A DNA stretch of 64,000 nt, from contig JBHGNT010000016.1 of NCBI GenBank assembly GCA_043228905.1, positions 682,001-746,000 on the forward strand, written 5' to 3'. Below, piece after piece: positions 1 to 12,021 of the stretch. A program made the position numbers and the translations under genes. The notes beneath the pieces were generated by a model. The model saw only the letters and a list, made by a program, of their open reading frames with translations, had not been told where the DNA came from and ran no database searches. Each line of letters opens with the position of its first letter. Within the stretch, counting starts at the first letter, position 1. Source of the DNA: Azolla caroliniana (Eukaryota > Plantae > Polypodiophyta).

Positions 1-3000
1 TGTGATTTAGCTATCCTGTAAAGCCATCAATTTCCCAACTATAAACATGTTCATATAAGAAGAGATTCAATTGAATCATAGTTTTCATAAGACCAGAAAA
101 TCTGGAAGCAAAATCAACATAAACAAAAAACAGCATGAAGAAGCTCAGATATATAGGCACATGTATAATTTCTATACTGTATTATATTCAATAATTAGAT
201 TTACCTAAAGAGATAAACAAAAAACAGATAGATGAGACACATGTGATTCTTTTCAGTTGATCATACTTTACAGTATATACAATCAGAGCTTTTTCAGAGA
301 GTATTCTACAGGTAAACCAAGTCCATGTAGCCATAACTGTATATTGCATCAACACTCAAATTTGACGCTATATTTATTTATCAAACACGACATGGTGTGT
401 ACCCAAACTAAGATCACAGGTAGATACATAGGGCATATGCTAATATAACAATTCGCCAAATTATTTTATCCAGATTCAGCATTTTGAGCTCTACAGTATT
501 TCTTGGAGACATCTAATCTTTGCTGGATAGAGTACATTTCTAGGACACCTAATCTTTGCTGGATTTCAAAATGCCAAGATAGTAAACTAAGTTTAGGAAT
601 TCACAGCACCATTTTTGGAAGGTACTATATCAAGTATCACTGTGGGACTCTCTAAGGCAGAACTAGTGGAGGATAAAAAAACTCAGAAATAACAAAACTG
701 AAGAGCTACTCGGTAAAAATGATTTACCATGCATGAAATCAAGTTAATGACAAGAAAATCCTGATATTCCTCATTATTGAAACCACATGAATGAGCTTTT
801 AAATCATTCAAGTCATCTGGAAGGAGTGGAGTTACAGACATGTTTGGATGTCAAATATAATTTATAAGCATTTCTGTTTCCATAAGTGTGAAGACGCACC
901 AAATTTGTATATTACACATTGCAATTAAAAAGAGATCCTTTGAACACCTCAAATGCAACAGTTATGTGCTTTTCCACACTCGAAAAGGTGACGTCAAACT
1001 TGGTGGCATCTCAAACATAATATAGATCATGCACCCATCCTTTTTTACTCTGAAAAACTGCAAGTTGTAAGAGACCATACTCATAAGCATCCTTGTATGC
1101 CTTCAATGCTTTATCCCACTCTTCAGTATAGTCAAGTGCATTTCCATAGTTGATCAATGCAACAGATTGTCCCTGTCAGTGAAACCAGAGAAAAAATCAA
1201 AACTTTCAAAATAACCAATTGCAGTAAAAACTTTCTTAATAGGCTTACTTCAAGGTGTCCAATGCGTTTACATAGATCCCAGCTCCTCAAATGCCATTTC
1301 TTAGCCTTGCTAAAATCCCTAAGATTATAGTAAGATTCTCCCACAATCTCCAAGGCATCCCCAAGCTTTTCCATATCTCCAATCTCTTTGACAACTGTTT
1401 TCAACCTCTTCGCAAGTTTGAGATGCTAAAATCCAAAACAATCAAAATCATCAAGATAATGAAAAATAGATTTTCACTGATTCACAGGATAGAAAACGTA
1501 TTTATGACATATCAAACAAATATTCCATACTCTAAAATGTGGGCTATGTATTTTGTCACAAGCTCAACAGAGATCCTGGACAATATGATCTCTATTTGTG
1601 TAATAGAAAAAATAACCTTGGCTGAGTTGGTCTTCATGAAAGAACCAAAAAGGTCAACTCCTTGGGGAAGGGAACATAATCTTAGATATTGCAATGAGAA
1701 GTGAATAGAATACAAACCAGACATTGGCCATGGTAAACATATGTAGATGGTGAGTAACCTCTTACCCAAGGTAAATATATTTGTTCTCCAATGCGAACTT
1801 TGTCAAGGGATATTTTTCTTGTTGATGCATTTAAAACTGTATCACAAGTTTGCAGATTTCTTTGAGGTCCCATGACGTTGCAATACTCTATTTTATTGGG
1901 GATAAGGAACCTCAATGTAGTTTGGTAGAACCAGCATTTGGTGCAGAGCATGGGAAAGTAAATGAATATTGTGATACAAAAACAAGCCTACAGTTACAAA
2001 TTTGAAGGTCCTGTGCATGGACAAAGTTGGCTGCTCCTAAGTCCATACATTCTTTCGTAACAATGGCCAATAGAAAAAGCAATTGCTAGTTTGGGCTAAG
2101 GCTCACATTTTACAAATGTTAGGTGCTTTGATGAGTAATCTGCAGCTTTAAAGTTAGAAACCCAGGTGAGGAGAAGAATTAGGACTTACATGCCATTGAC
2201 TAGTTTTTCATACGGGAGGTTATTCATAATTCCAAAGGTATAGATCCATATGATCACATGTTTTATGGGCATTTCAAACTGGATAGCAGATTTGAAAAAC
2301 ATTTATCTCAGCCAATTAAACAACTATAAATATTTTATCACTCTGTTTTCCTCCCTGCTGGCAAGTTTAGCAAGTATGGAGATAAGGAGCAAATATTCAA
2401 GGTGGCCGTGGTTAATGATGGTTATTAACCATTATAAAGATCCAGAGTACATGAATTCTAAGGCAAATTCAGAATTCATCCTTACATATAAACATTATCA
2501 GAAATTAAACTAGTAAGACAAGTCAAAAAATTTATAAGTACCTTCTCCCATGCTTGCAGGTCCTCTGCAAGCCCAATAAGTTCATTAAGCATCTTGCACT
2601 CGTCAGCTTTATGACTATTCTTGAAATCATTTAGCCTCTTCCGCTGGAATTTTTTCAATTGCTGCTCACCAACAGTTAATTTTAACAGCTTTTCTTCTGC
2701 TTGACCAACAACCTCCAGGTTCTTTTGTGCTGTTGAAACAAGGTCGTCCTCATCATCCAGAGATTTTGCTATTTGCAACGCCCTTTCAAAGCAGCGTTTA
2801 GCCTCTTCATATTTTTGGCGCTTGAAGTGCATTTCCCCTAAGTTGATAAAACCTTTTGCCTCACCTTGTGGTTGTGGTAGCCTTTGGCATATTGATATAT
2901 CCATTTGAGTGTGATACTTGGCTTTATCCCACGCTCTTTTTTCGCAATACAAGCGTCCCAAATTATGATGTAGTCGGGATCGTGTATCATCATCCTCCCT

Positions 3001-4122
3001 TAGCTCTTCTTCATTGCAAATCTTCAATGCTTGCTGAAAATATCTGGCAGCCTTACCGTGGTCATCTATAACCATCATAAGCAGTCCCATGTTGTTGTAC
3101 GCATCAATTAGCTCTTTTACAAAGGATGAAGAGTCCCTGCTAGGCGGATTCTCTTTCAGGCTTGTCGCAAGGTCCAAGGCAATCTTGAGATACTGCCTGG
3201 CATTCTGAAGTGCTAAAAAGTCATCTTTCCGCTCATAGATCTCAACATAAGTTCGCCCCAGTTGAGTGGTTGCTCTCTGTTGCTCCACTAGATTTTCAGT
3301 TTCTTCCGCCAATTCAACATGTTTTTTCTGGATAGAACAAAAACAAGCATCTTATTAACAAGTAATCATGTGTTAATTTGGGGCCTGGGCGGACGCTACA
3401 TGCCTACCCTCCAACAGGTCAAAGGTTATTCCAGCAGTGTTACGAAAACCGTATCTTCTGATGACTGCAAATGGAACCGTATAGCTTGGGTGATGGAACA
3501 AGTACATCACTGTATATAACCAACCATATATATATAGTTGTTCATCACCTAATATATAGTGGTTGATGGCTAGGCTGATAAAACTGCACATGATTATAGC
3601 ATAACTATTTGTTGATAAAACCATGTCTTCTTATCCTCGGTTCATATTCTTCCAAAATGTTTGACCTTACTTGAACTGGTAAATTTGGGTATGTTTCTAA
3701 TCACAATAATCTACATTTCTCTGGAAATCATACACATGAAGAGAAAACTATAGACTGATTGCACAGCCTGGATCATGAGAAGACAGCTGTGCAATGAAAG
3801 AACAAAGAGTGAGGGCCTATATGCGCAGTACCTGGTATACAAGTGCTTGCTCGAAGTCATTGAGGCGGAAGTATATCTCGCCCATGGATTGGCAGGTGGG
3901 CATGAGGTTGGCCGGGAGTGAGGCATCCACGTCTCTTCTCTTTGTGGAGATCTCATAGTCCTTCCGGAACCATTTGAGGGCTTCCACGTACTGGCCCATC
4001 TCCTTGCAGATGTGGCCCACCTGATTCGCCCATCGGGCCTGCTCGTCCCTGTCCCCTCTCTCTACAGCCTCCTTATACCCTGCCCTTGCCACCTCCGCCT
4101 CCTTCCTCCCGGACCCTCTCAT
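1..4122 (-). CDS. TSK: TONSOKU/BRUSHY1/MGOUN3 (TPR-LRR DNA repair/replication protein), N-terminal TPR part; gene continues beyond the left edge
   Basis: Exons 4122-3832 ([36 protein letters not shown]...[15 protein letters not shown]), 3327-2542 (KKHVELAEE...[11 protein letters not shown]...RSRLHHNLG...[12 protein letters not shown]), 1425-1249 ([13 protein letters not shown]), 1172-1081 ([14 protein letters not shown]) and 15-<1. All introns are GT-AG and phase-consistent. Motifs match the Arabidopsis TSK N-terminus as I recall it. Confidence 0.93.
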
Positions 4123-4189
4123 TCTCGTCCTCCCCTCCTTAGTCAGCCACCCGACGACCACCCGCAGCTAATGATCGGTGTGTGTGCGC

Positions 4190-4329
4190 GCACAGCAGCA
4201 GCAGGAGGGCTACTGCTACTGCTACTGCTGCTCTTGCTGATGATGATGATGATTAGTTAATGCTGCTGCTGCTGCTCTTGCTGATGATGATGATGACTGC
4301 TGCTGCTGCTGCTGCTCTTATTGTTGATA

Positions 4330-4366
<37 letters not shown>

Positions 4367-4400
4367 CGCTACTCTCTCATCTAATCTAATCTAATCTACC
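4190..4400. repeat. Compound microsatellite (CAG/CTG)n, (GAT)n, (CTAAT)n upstream of the TSK ATG (probable 5'UTR)
   Basis: Directly visible runs of gctgctgct, gatgatgat and ctaatctaat. Confidence 0.9.
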
Positions 4401-4476
4401 TCTGCCCATTGAGCGCGTGATCGCAGAAGATGCTGCTGCAGAGCCAGCCCACGCCGCGTCGTCTTCTTTTCCTTTG

Positions 4477-4485
4477 GGCGGGAAA
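4477..4485 (-). promoter_or_regulatory. E2F binding site TTTCCCGCC in the TSK promoter
   Basis: ggcgggaaa on + matches the canonical E2F element; it lies ~355 bp upstream of the ATG of a replication/repair gene. Confidence 0.65.
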
Positions 4486-4817
4486 CAACAACTATAACAT
4501 ACATATTGAAAGACCGAAAGAATATGTATCTCTTTGTTTCTTTTTACTGGTTCCAACATTTGCCGAGATCTCGTCCATTATGTACATACTGTACATACCT
4601 GCCCATATGCATGCATACATGCATGCGGGTGGTATGCCATTTAACATTACCCGCATCTCACTCACTCACTACATACTTCCTTCCTGAAAAAAGGCTTTTT
4701 TGCGGAACGAAATAAATGTTGGATGTCCAATTTTTGTTTCCGCCCTACAACATTTCTCATGGGAGGATACGTCTTCTATATTGTTGGACTTGGCATGCAA
4801 TATGTTTAAGAGGGTTA

Positions 4818-4961
4818 TCAAGTACATACCTTCTTTGCATGATGTATGTATGTATGTATGATGGCTCAAATGTGATGATTGGTTGTCAAGCACATACCTT
4901 CTTTGCAAGATGTATGTATGTATGTATGTATGTATGATGGCTCAAATGTGATGATTGGTTG
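4818..4961. repeat. Tandem duplication (~70 bp) containing (TATG)n
   Basis: tcaag.acataccttctttgca.gatgtatg...atggctcaaatgtgatgattggttg occurs twice. Confidence 0.85.
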
Positions 4962-5478
4962 AAGGGCATTTATGAAGAGGCAATGACTATCATCCCATAA
5001 ACATCAGAGGGTATGAACAAACACTACTCAAATGGGATTCCCGTCATCTTTCTTCTTAGAAAATAGAAACGTTAGAATGAGTTGATCCCAAATATTTCCA
5101 ATAAAAGGCAAGCATATATTGTTACATTTGTTCTCGGACACGACAAAGGAATTTCTCAAACTAAGCAACTAATCTCTTTTATAAAACATGGAAGTACAAC
5201 TTGGATTTTGAATAAGCAACATTCAAGTCATTCTAATAATGATCCTACCAATCATACATAATTTTGAACAAATTTTTGCAATGTGTCCAAAGTACAACAC
5301 CGATGTTTGGTCTCTATAATTTGTGTAAGTTGATGTTGTTGGACCCATATGGGATCACTAACTTTGTAAAATTACTTACTATGAAGTCGACTAGAAGTAT
5401 TTGAGTATCCAAAATTAGTGTAAATGTGTTAAGAGTGCCTTGACAAGGAATATTGGCACATAAGTATCGGGAAATGCT

Positions 5479-7735
5479 TATCAATCTTTTGGGGTACGTT
5501 GGATCAAGAAACTGTTTTTTATCATTATCATAATTCATCATTGACTTTACATGTGAAAAGTTTTCAGGTGTACGTTACGAATAGCTCCTTGCAAGGAGTC
5601 AAGTTCTTTTCTAGGTGTTATGTTTGGAACTTTATTTCCTCGTTGGCCTTATGGATTATTTGGAAAGCAAGGTGTTCTAAAATATATAATGATGAAGATA
5701 CTAATGTTGTGGATCAAGTTAAATCTTTCTGGGAATTATTGGTAAATATAGTTAAAGGTGAATATGATAGCTATAAGGGTTGTGGAAATGGGCCTAACCG
5801 GAAAAGAAAGCGACTTAGAAGAGTCTGGTCAACCATTCCTATTTTTTTGGATGCAACAGGGGAAGATGTAAAGTGGAATTATGTTCCACCTCGATGGTTG
5901 TTTCCGCCACCAGCGCCATTTATATTGAACACAGCCGTTTAGGATGAGTGCGTGAGGAAAGTGTAAACTGTTTTTGTGTTGTAAATACAGGTTTTCCACG
6001 GACATTGGCAACAAGCTATTCGACGAGAGGGCTGATGTGGAAAGAAGGAAGAATGTGTAAGAGAAAAGGATGGGGTATGGTGGCGGGGTCATAGTCGACA
6101 ATCGTGAGTGGGTGGGGAATTTTTACACTAATTTTTGTTTTTAATACAGGTTTTTCGTCAACAGTGCAAGATGTTAATCGGCAAGAGGGCTGACGTGGAC
6201 TGAATGAAGAATTTTTTGTTTTGTGATAAGGATGAGGGAAGATGGCGGGGGGGTCGAAGCCGTCTATCATGAGTGAGGAAACTTTGAGATTAACTGTTTT
6301 GTTATTGATACAGGTTTTTTCGTGGACATTGGTCATGACGATAATTGGCTAGACGGTTGATGTGGATTGAACGAAGAATTTTTCTGTGTGAAAGTGATAA
6401 GATTGAGTGAAGATGGTGGGGAGGGTGAAGCCGACTATAACGAGTGGGTGAGAAAATGTTTACACTAATTTTGTGTTGATCAATACAGGATATGCGTGGA
6501 CATTGCCACCGTGTTAATTGGTGAGATGGCTGATGTCGACTGTATGAAGAATTTCTGTGTTAAGGATGAGTGAAGATGGTGGGGAGGGTGAAGCCGACTA
6601 TAACGAGTGGGTGAGGAAATGTTTACATTAATTTTGTGTTGATCAATACAGGATATGCGTGGACGCCACCGTGGTATTTGGTGAGATGGCTGATGTCGAC
6701 TGAATGAAGAATTATTGTGTTAAGGATGAGTGAAGATGGTGGGGAGGGTCGAAGCCAATGTGCAGGAGTGGGTGAGGACATGTTTTAACCTAAATTTTTG
6801 TTGATTATACAGGATATGCGTGGACATTGGAACCAGGTTAATCGGTGAGATGGCTGATGTCGACTAAAGGAAGAAATATTTGTGGTGAGGATGAGTGAAG
6901 ATGGTGGGGAGGGTCGAAGCCAATCATCACGAGTGGGTGAGGAATTTTTAGACGGATTTTATTCTTATCACAGATTTTTGGGGTTTTTGGGCAATGACGT
7001 TAATCGGAGACATGACTGATGTGGGTTAAATGAAGAATGGTTGTGATGAGATTATGGTCTAATCAATGTATGGCTGTTCTGAGTTGGTAGAGATTATCAT
7101 GGTTGCTTCAAAGTGACAGGTGCTGCAGGGACTGTTTTGGTGTTGTGTTTTCAACGGCAACAGCCGAGGAAGGTTCAATCTTGCATGGGAAAAGACAGAC
7201 AAAGATACAAGAGGTTGGACAGATTTATGAGCTTGGAAAGTCAGCTTGAAGAAGACTACGGCCAAGAAGTAGCAGATTACCTCAATGGCTTGATTGGAGA
7301 GAGCAGTTTTGTATTACCTAAGTGGTACAAAACGACATTCACAAGGGAAAATTAAAGGCCAACGAACGGGAACAACTATTGGACAACCAGGTGATGGTGA
7401 ACAACTTTAGTACATGCGGAACCAAATGCAAACATGGAGTTTTTAGACTACTAGCCATGATTACCACCAAGATATGTATTCACTTGGACCGCAGGAATTT
7501 GTTTATAGGTTGAATATGGGTATACTAAAGAGCTTTAGTATATGTGGAATCACATTCAACCAATGTTGGCTGCAACATGATGTTTTCAGAGGCCATAACA
7601 AATGCCATCATTATTTGGTCCCTTTTTTTACGATATATACTTATGGAGTGGAAATTATTATGTACAATTTGTAGATTGCCTTTGGCATTGTTAATTTTAA
7701 TACCAATGGAGCATATTTTTTATGGAAAAAAAAAA
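5479..7735 (+). mobile_element. 5'-truncated L1-like LINE insertion with long 3' tail, poly(A) and 17-bp TSD
   Basis: ORF 5499-5942 carries the L1 ORF2 C-terminal motif (LWIIWKARC). Direct repeat AAGTATCGGGAAATGCT at 5462-5478 and 7734-7750; an A10 run leads into the second copy. Confidence 0.75.
5943..7050 (+). repeat. Tandem array of ~160-170 bp units (~7 copies)
   Basis: gaagatggtgggg-like anchor at ~6238, 6409, 6572, 6732 and 6897; shared tacagga/gg...cgtggacattg and gctgatgt(c/g)gact motifs. Confidence 0.9.
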
Positions 7736-8094
7736 GTATCGGGAAATGCTAAATCAACGTAACACCATCTTCAATGTAACCATATGTAATACCCTGGTTG
7801 TTGAATAACATATTCAAAGAAGAGAGCTTTGCCTCACCAATAAAGTCTCGACAATGTTTCAAATGTCGTAAAGAAGGGATAGCAATTCGAGTTATGTAGT
7901 CCTTACACCACCGTATATTCCCATATGTCCATATGGATTTCTCCCAAATCCTAGGATAACTGATATTTATCGACAATCCAATCCAGACGTTAACCCATTA
8001 AAACAAACTATAGAATTAGTCTATACGGTTATGCGTACAACAATATCCAAACAAGAAAACCGGGTCCCTCTCATCATCCTTAAACGGACGGAGT

Positions 8095-8167
8095 CTGAGG
8101 TTCCATTTTCGGTTCCTCGAGCAGATGCACTGAGGTTCCATTTTCGGCTCCTTGAGCAGACGCACTG
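8095..8167. repeat. 36-bp tandem duplication in the promoter of the downstream gene
   Basis: ctgaggttccattttcgg(t/c)tcct(c/t)gagcaga(t/c)gcactg occurs twice. Confidence 0.8.
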
Positions 8168-8410
8168 CAATGTTGTGACGTACCAATAGACCGATCAAGC
8201 TTTGGTGGATAAACGAAGAAAGAAAGTATCGAGCGGTGTTGTGAAATTGAAAAACTAAGCAAAACATCGTGTATGCGGAACTTGGAAGGAAGGTGTAAAT
8301 AAACTTTAAAGGTCGGCCGCATCTCTTCTCTGTCTTTTTTTCACCCGGCGGTGGCAGGGCTACAGAGGTTGGCTGGCTTTTAGGGTTAATCACGATCAGA
8401 GGAAGCAGAC

Positions 8411-11400
8411 ATGAGCCTCGCTCTAGTGCAAGCTTATTCCTCAGAGGAGGAGGAGGAGGAGGAGGAAGAAGAGGCGGAGGTGCTGCAGTCTTCCGATGCT
8501 GAATCTGATGGTGGTGGAGCCACAGCCACATCCACAGCCACGCCTATTCCCACCTCTCAACACCAAACCACCATTTCTTCTGTTTGTTCTACAATTGACT
8601 CGCTTCTCAGCTCTTCCTCATCGCTGCTACCTTCAGCCGCCATGGTCTTCTCTGAGGTAAGGCCACGATTACATGCATACACGCATTAATAGAGGCGGAC
8701 ATGGCCTATGTTACGCATCCAAAACTCCTACAGTCGTGTCATCAGTCATGCAGTATATAACCCTAAACCCATTGGAATAAAAACGCCCATCGATCTGGAA
8801 CTGAAACTATAGAAAGAGCTCCCTTAGTAATGAACATTACTATCAGAGCAGCTGTGCGATACGAGATACATACAACCCAGGGGAGTAGTCATCCTAGAAT
8901 ACCAAGTCAGCACCGTGGCCATAATGTATGTGTGTGTGTGTGTTACATATATAGAAGGGCGGGGGAGCTATTTTGGAAGTTACTTGATCTCGCTATCACC
9001 AGGCCTTCTGTACAGTGTTGTTGGCATAGTCCACATATATCAGTTGCGTTCTTTGCCATTGCAACAGTTTCCATGGAAGCACTGGATGAGTTTTGATCTC
9101 AGAGAGATGCAGAACAGTAAGAGTAATAAGTGCATTCTGCAGATTCCTTGAAGCAGACATTATAATGTTTTAACGGCATGCTCCAAAAAAGCAGCTATGA
9201 TCATGACAGAATGGTTGTTAACAAATCAGTATACTATCCATCCACGTGACAGAAGTGGACAGGAAGAACCTGGAATACCTTACCTTAGAAATTCATCGTC
9301 CATTTATACATTCCAGTGGTGTCAGAATCATTGCTATGAACTCTAACCACCATTTTAGGTGCTATCTTCAAGATAGTTGCATTTATAGTTTTGAAGTATA
9401 TAGATTCATTATCTGTTATCTCGGGATCAATGCTCAATTATTTCAGAGATGCGTTTGCATTTATGATCCTAATGTTTAGAATAATTGGATGGTGACTTAG
9501 AGAACCACGTTTACTAACCCTTCTACCCAATCTCCAATGTTCGAGATAGATTTACTTGTGGTCCCGTGTATATGAAGATTAGTGACCATGATTGGTCAGG
9601 ATTCCCGCAAAGGTGATGTAATTTAATCCAAAATCCACTCTTCTTGCTATTTCCAGTTTGTACAGCAGGTAATTTGCTCCATATATTCAGATTAGTAACC
9701 GCCGCAATGACATGTAGAATTCCATTAAAAAAAGGTTTTCATTAATCAAATTACTCTTCTTGTGACATCCTATAGATACGAGAGTGAGGAACCTAGCTGA
9801 AGAAAATTATCAGGATAGATGTTACATGTTGGTTCCTGTGTGGAGATGTTTGAACTTGACATGCATTGTCGTTTAGCTATATAAGGAGACTCTTGTATCA
9901 TATATTGCATGAAAATCACCTCTAGGGAGAGCTAGTGGATTCTCAACGATGTGAACTATCACTGTTGCATAGGTGATGAGGACAGCACTCTAGTCAGCAA
10001 TCGGAGGAAATTATAGTGTGGAGAACGACAGGAACTGAAGAAGAGAAGGGGTGTTGGCAATGCTTGGTAAGGCTGCTTAGAGTTACAAGGGTTGAATGGT
10101 GTGGAGTATTAAGGAGGAAGGTAGAGGCATGGGGATATGGTTGATTGCAGTATGAAGTGGTGTGGTAGTGGCTGTGCACAAAGGTCATTGCAGAAAAAAA
10201 CAAGCATAAAATGCAGATGTCAACGAGGAAGATGAAGCCAGCTACTTCAGCCACCCTCATCAGCATGAGCATTGGTTCACCTATCATTATTATCTTCTTC
10301 TTCAACAGTGCCTGTCTCTGTCTGGCTCGATTAACTCTTGAGATTCCATAGCAAGCAACCTGGGTTCAATCCTTGACATGTCAAAACCTTAACTTCAAAA
10401 ATGACGACGACTAGCTTCTAATCAAAAAACACTTATTTCTTTTATAAAACGTAATAATGAATATCAGTCATTCTAATTTAGCCTAAGTGAAAGTTTTGAA
10501 ACTAGTTGAAGATCTATGTAGCCTAACCATGACACAAAATATATGACATGCATGATAAGAGATTAAGACTGCAGACAAACAAGAGTGAGCTCAAGGAGTT
10601 GTCTGTTATATTACCTTGTAAGATATACCTTTCAATACATAGAGCATACAAGAACATTTTTGTTTTGTCAGTGTGTATCTCATATGCATCAGAATGTATT
10701 AACTCATGATTAATTGTCTTTTGCATGATACTACATAATGTATGTGCATGTGGTGATACTAACTAGTGGCTACGTCAATAAAAACATTTATGGATATTTG
10801 TAAGGCTCCAAATTTTTTAAGGGAAATTTCCATTTAGTTCGAAGTTTTTCACAAATGAGAATCCATAAACATTTTCTGGGTTGCAAAAATTGGTTGGGAA
10901 CTTCCGTATATCTCTCTACCACCTCGTAAGCATACTGCAGAAAGGCTATTCTCTAACATTCATTAGTGTCTTTATGCAAACTATAAATTTTATGTAAAAA
11001 TATGCATTCAAATTTTAGAGTTTGTAGGGTGGTTAGTATTAAAGTGCGCTACTTCGCTGAAGGTTTCAGATACTACTAATAATGGAGTCATACACTCATT
11101 ACGTTGGTTTCCTTGCATTTGTTTTTAAAAAGATTTTCATTCTTCCGTCATTCACATAAACTTATGGTTATTACTTTGTTTTCATCAAGTCAATTCTCGG
11201 TTAACTACTTTAAAATATGATCATTGCTTCTTTCATGGTGTCAATTCTGGGTTTGTTCTGATGAAGATATACGCATTAGTGATGCATTTGAAACAAAGTA
11301 TTATTAGTGTTCTCATTATCCTTAGAGATCTTTGCCATTGTTTACTTCTTGTAGGTAACTGGACCTCCAGATTATCTGAAAGACAGTATGGGATACCTTG

Positions 11401-12021
11401 TACCAATTCAAACCCCCAAAACCTTGGTTGCACGGCCTCAAAAGGATCTTCCTGCTGGTAAATTGAATAACATATGGTAATTCTTTTCTCTGGTTTTTGA
11501 ATGAATTTTGTTGGTTGTGACTTTCTGGTTTGATTTGCCAAATGTTTCCAGGTGCTATTGTAGAATCAAAGCCACAATTGTTTGGGCTGCAAGAACGCGT
11601 TCGAAGTGATCAAAGCAAAGAGAGAGAAGAATCTAGAAGTCTACGAACTGCAGGGATGCCACCTCCTGATGATGCTGCAAAACTTTTGGGGTCTGTATGG
11701 TGCATTCTTTGTATTGCATTTTCCATTCATTTGTTATCATCTCCTGCGAATCTACTGGTTTAGTTGTGGATAGCTGACATGTTTGAATTTCAACATAGGG
11801 TCTGCCTGCAATGTGGTGTTCCGAAGACGTATTCTGCTGTCAAAGAAGGCTTGGTGTGCCCAGTTTGTAAAGATCGTCAGTTTTCACACAATGATGCAGA
11901 TTCAAAGAGACGAGGATCTAAAATTAAGGACAAAGAACGGAACAAACGTGTCAAAGGTCAATCATCACATGCCACGTGGAAGAGTGAAACTGAAATGCAC
12001 CTCAGGCAGCAATTTGATTGA
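8411..12021 (+). CDS. Conserved uncharacterised plant protein (acidic N-terminus, LPSA..VFSEVTGPP motif, CxxC-CxxC, basic C-terminus)
   Basis: Exons 8411-8656, 11355-11457, 11552-11690 and 11799-12021 with GT-AG junctions and continuous frame. C-terminus VCLQCGVPKTYS...CPVCKDR...KGQSSHATWKSETEMHLRQQFD resembles a conserved plant unknown-protein family (from recall). Confidence 0.85.

Noticed and set aside
8016-8531. 171-aa minus-strand ORF with poly-Pro
   Set aside because: Antisense shadow of the poly-Glu exon and its promoter.
10320-10390. B-box-like GGTTCAATCC suggesting a tRNA or SINE
   Set aside because: No cloverleaf, convincing A box or TSD.
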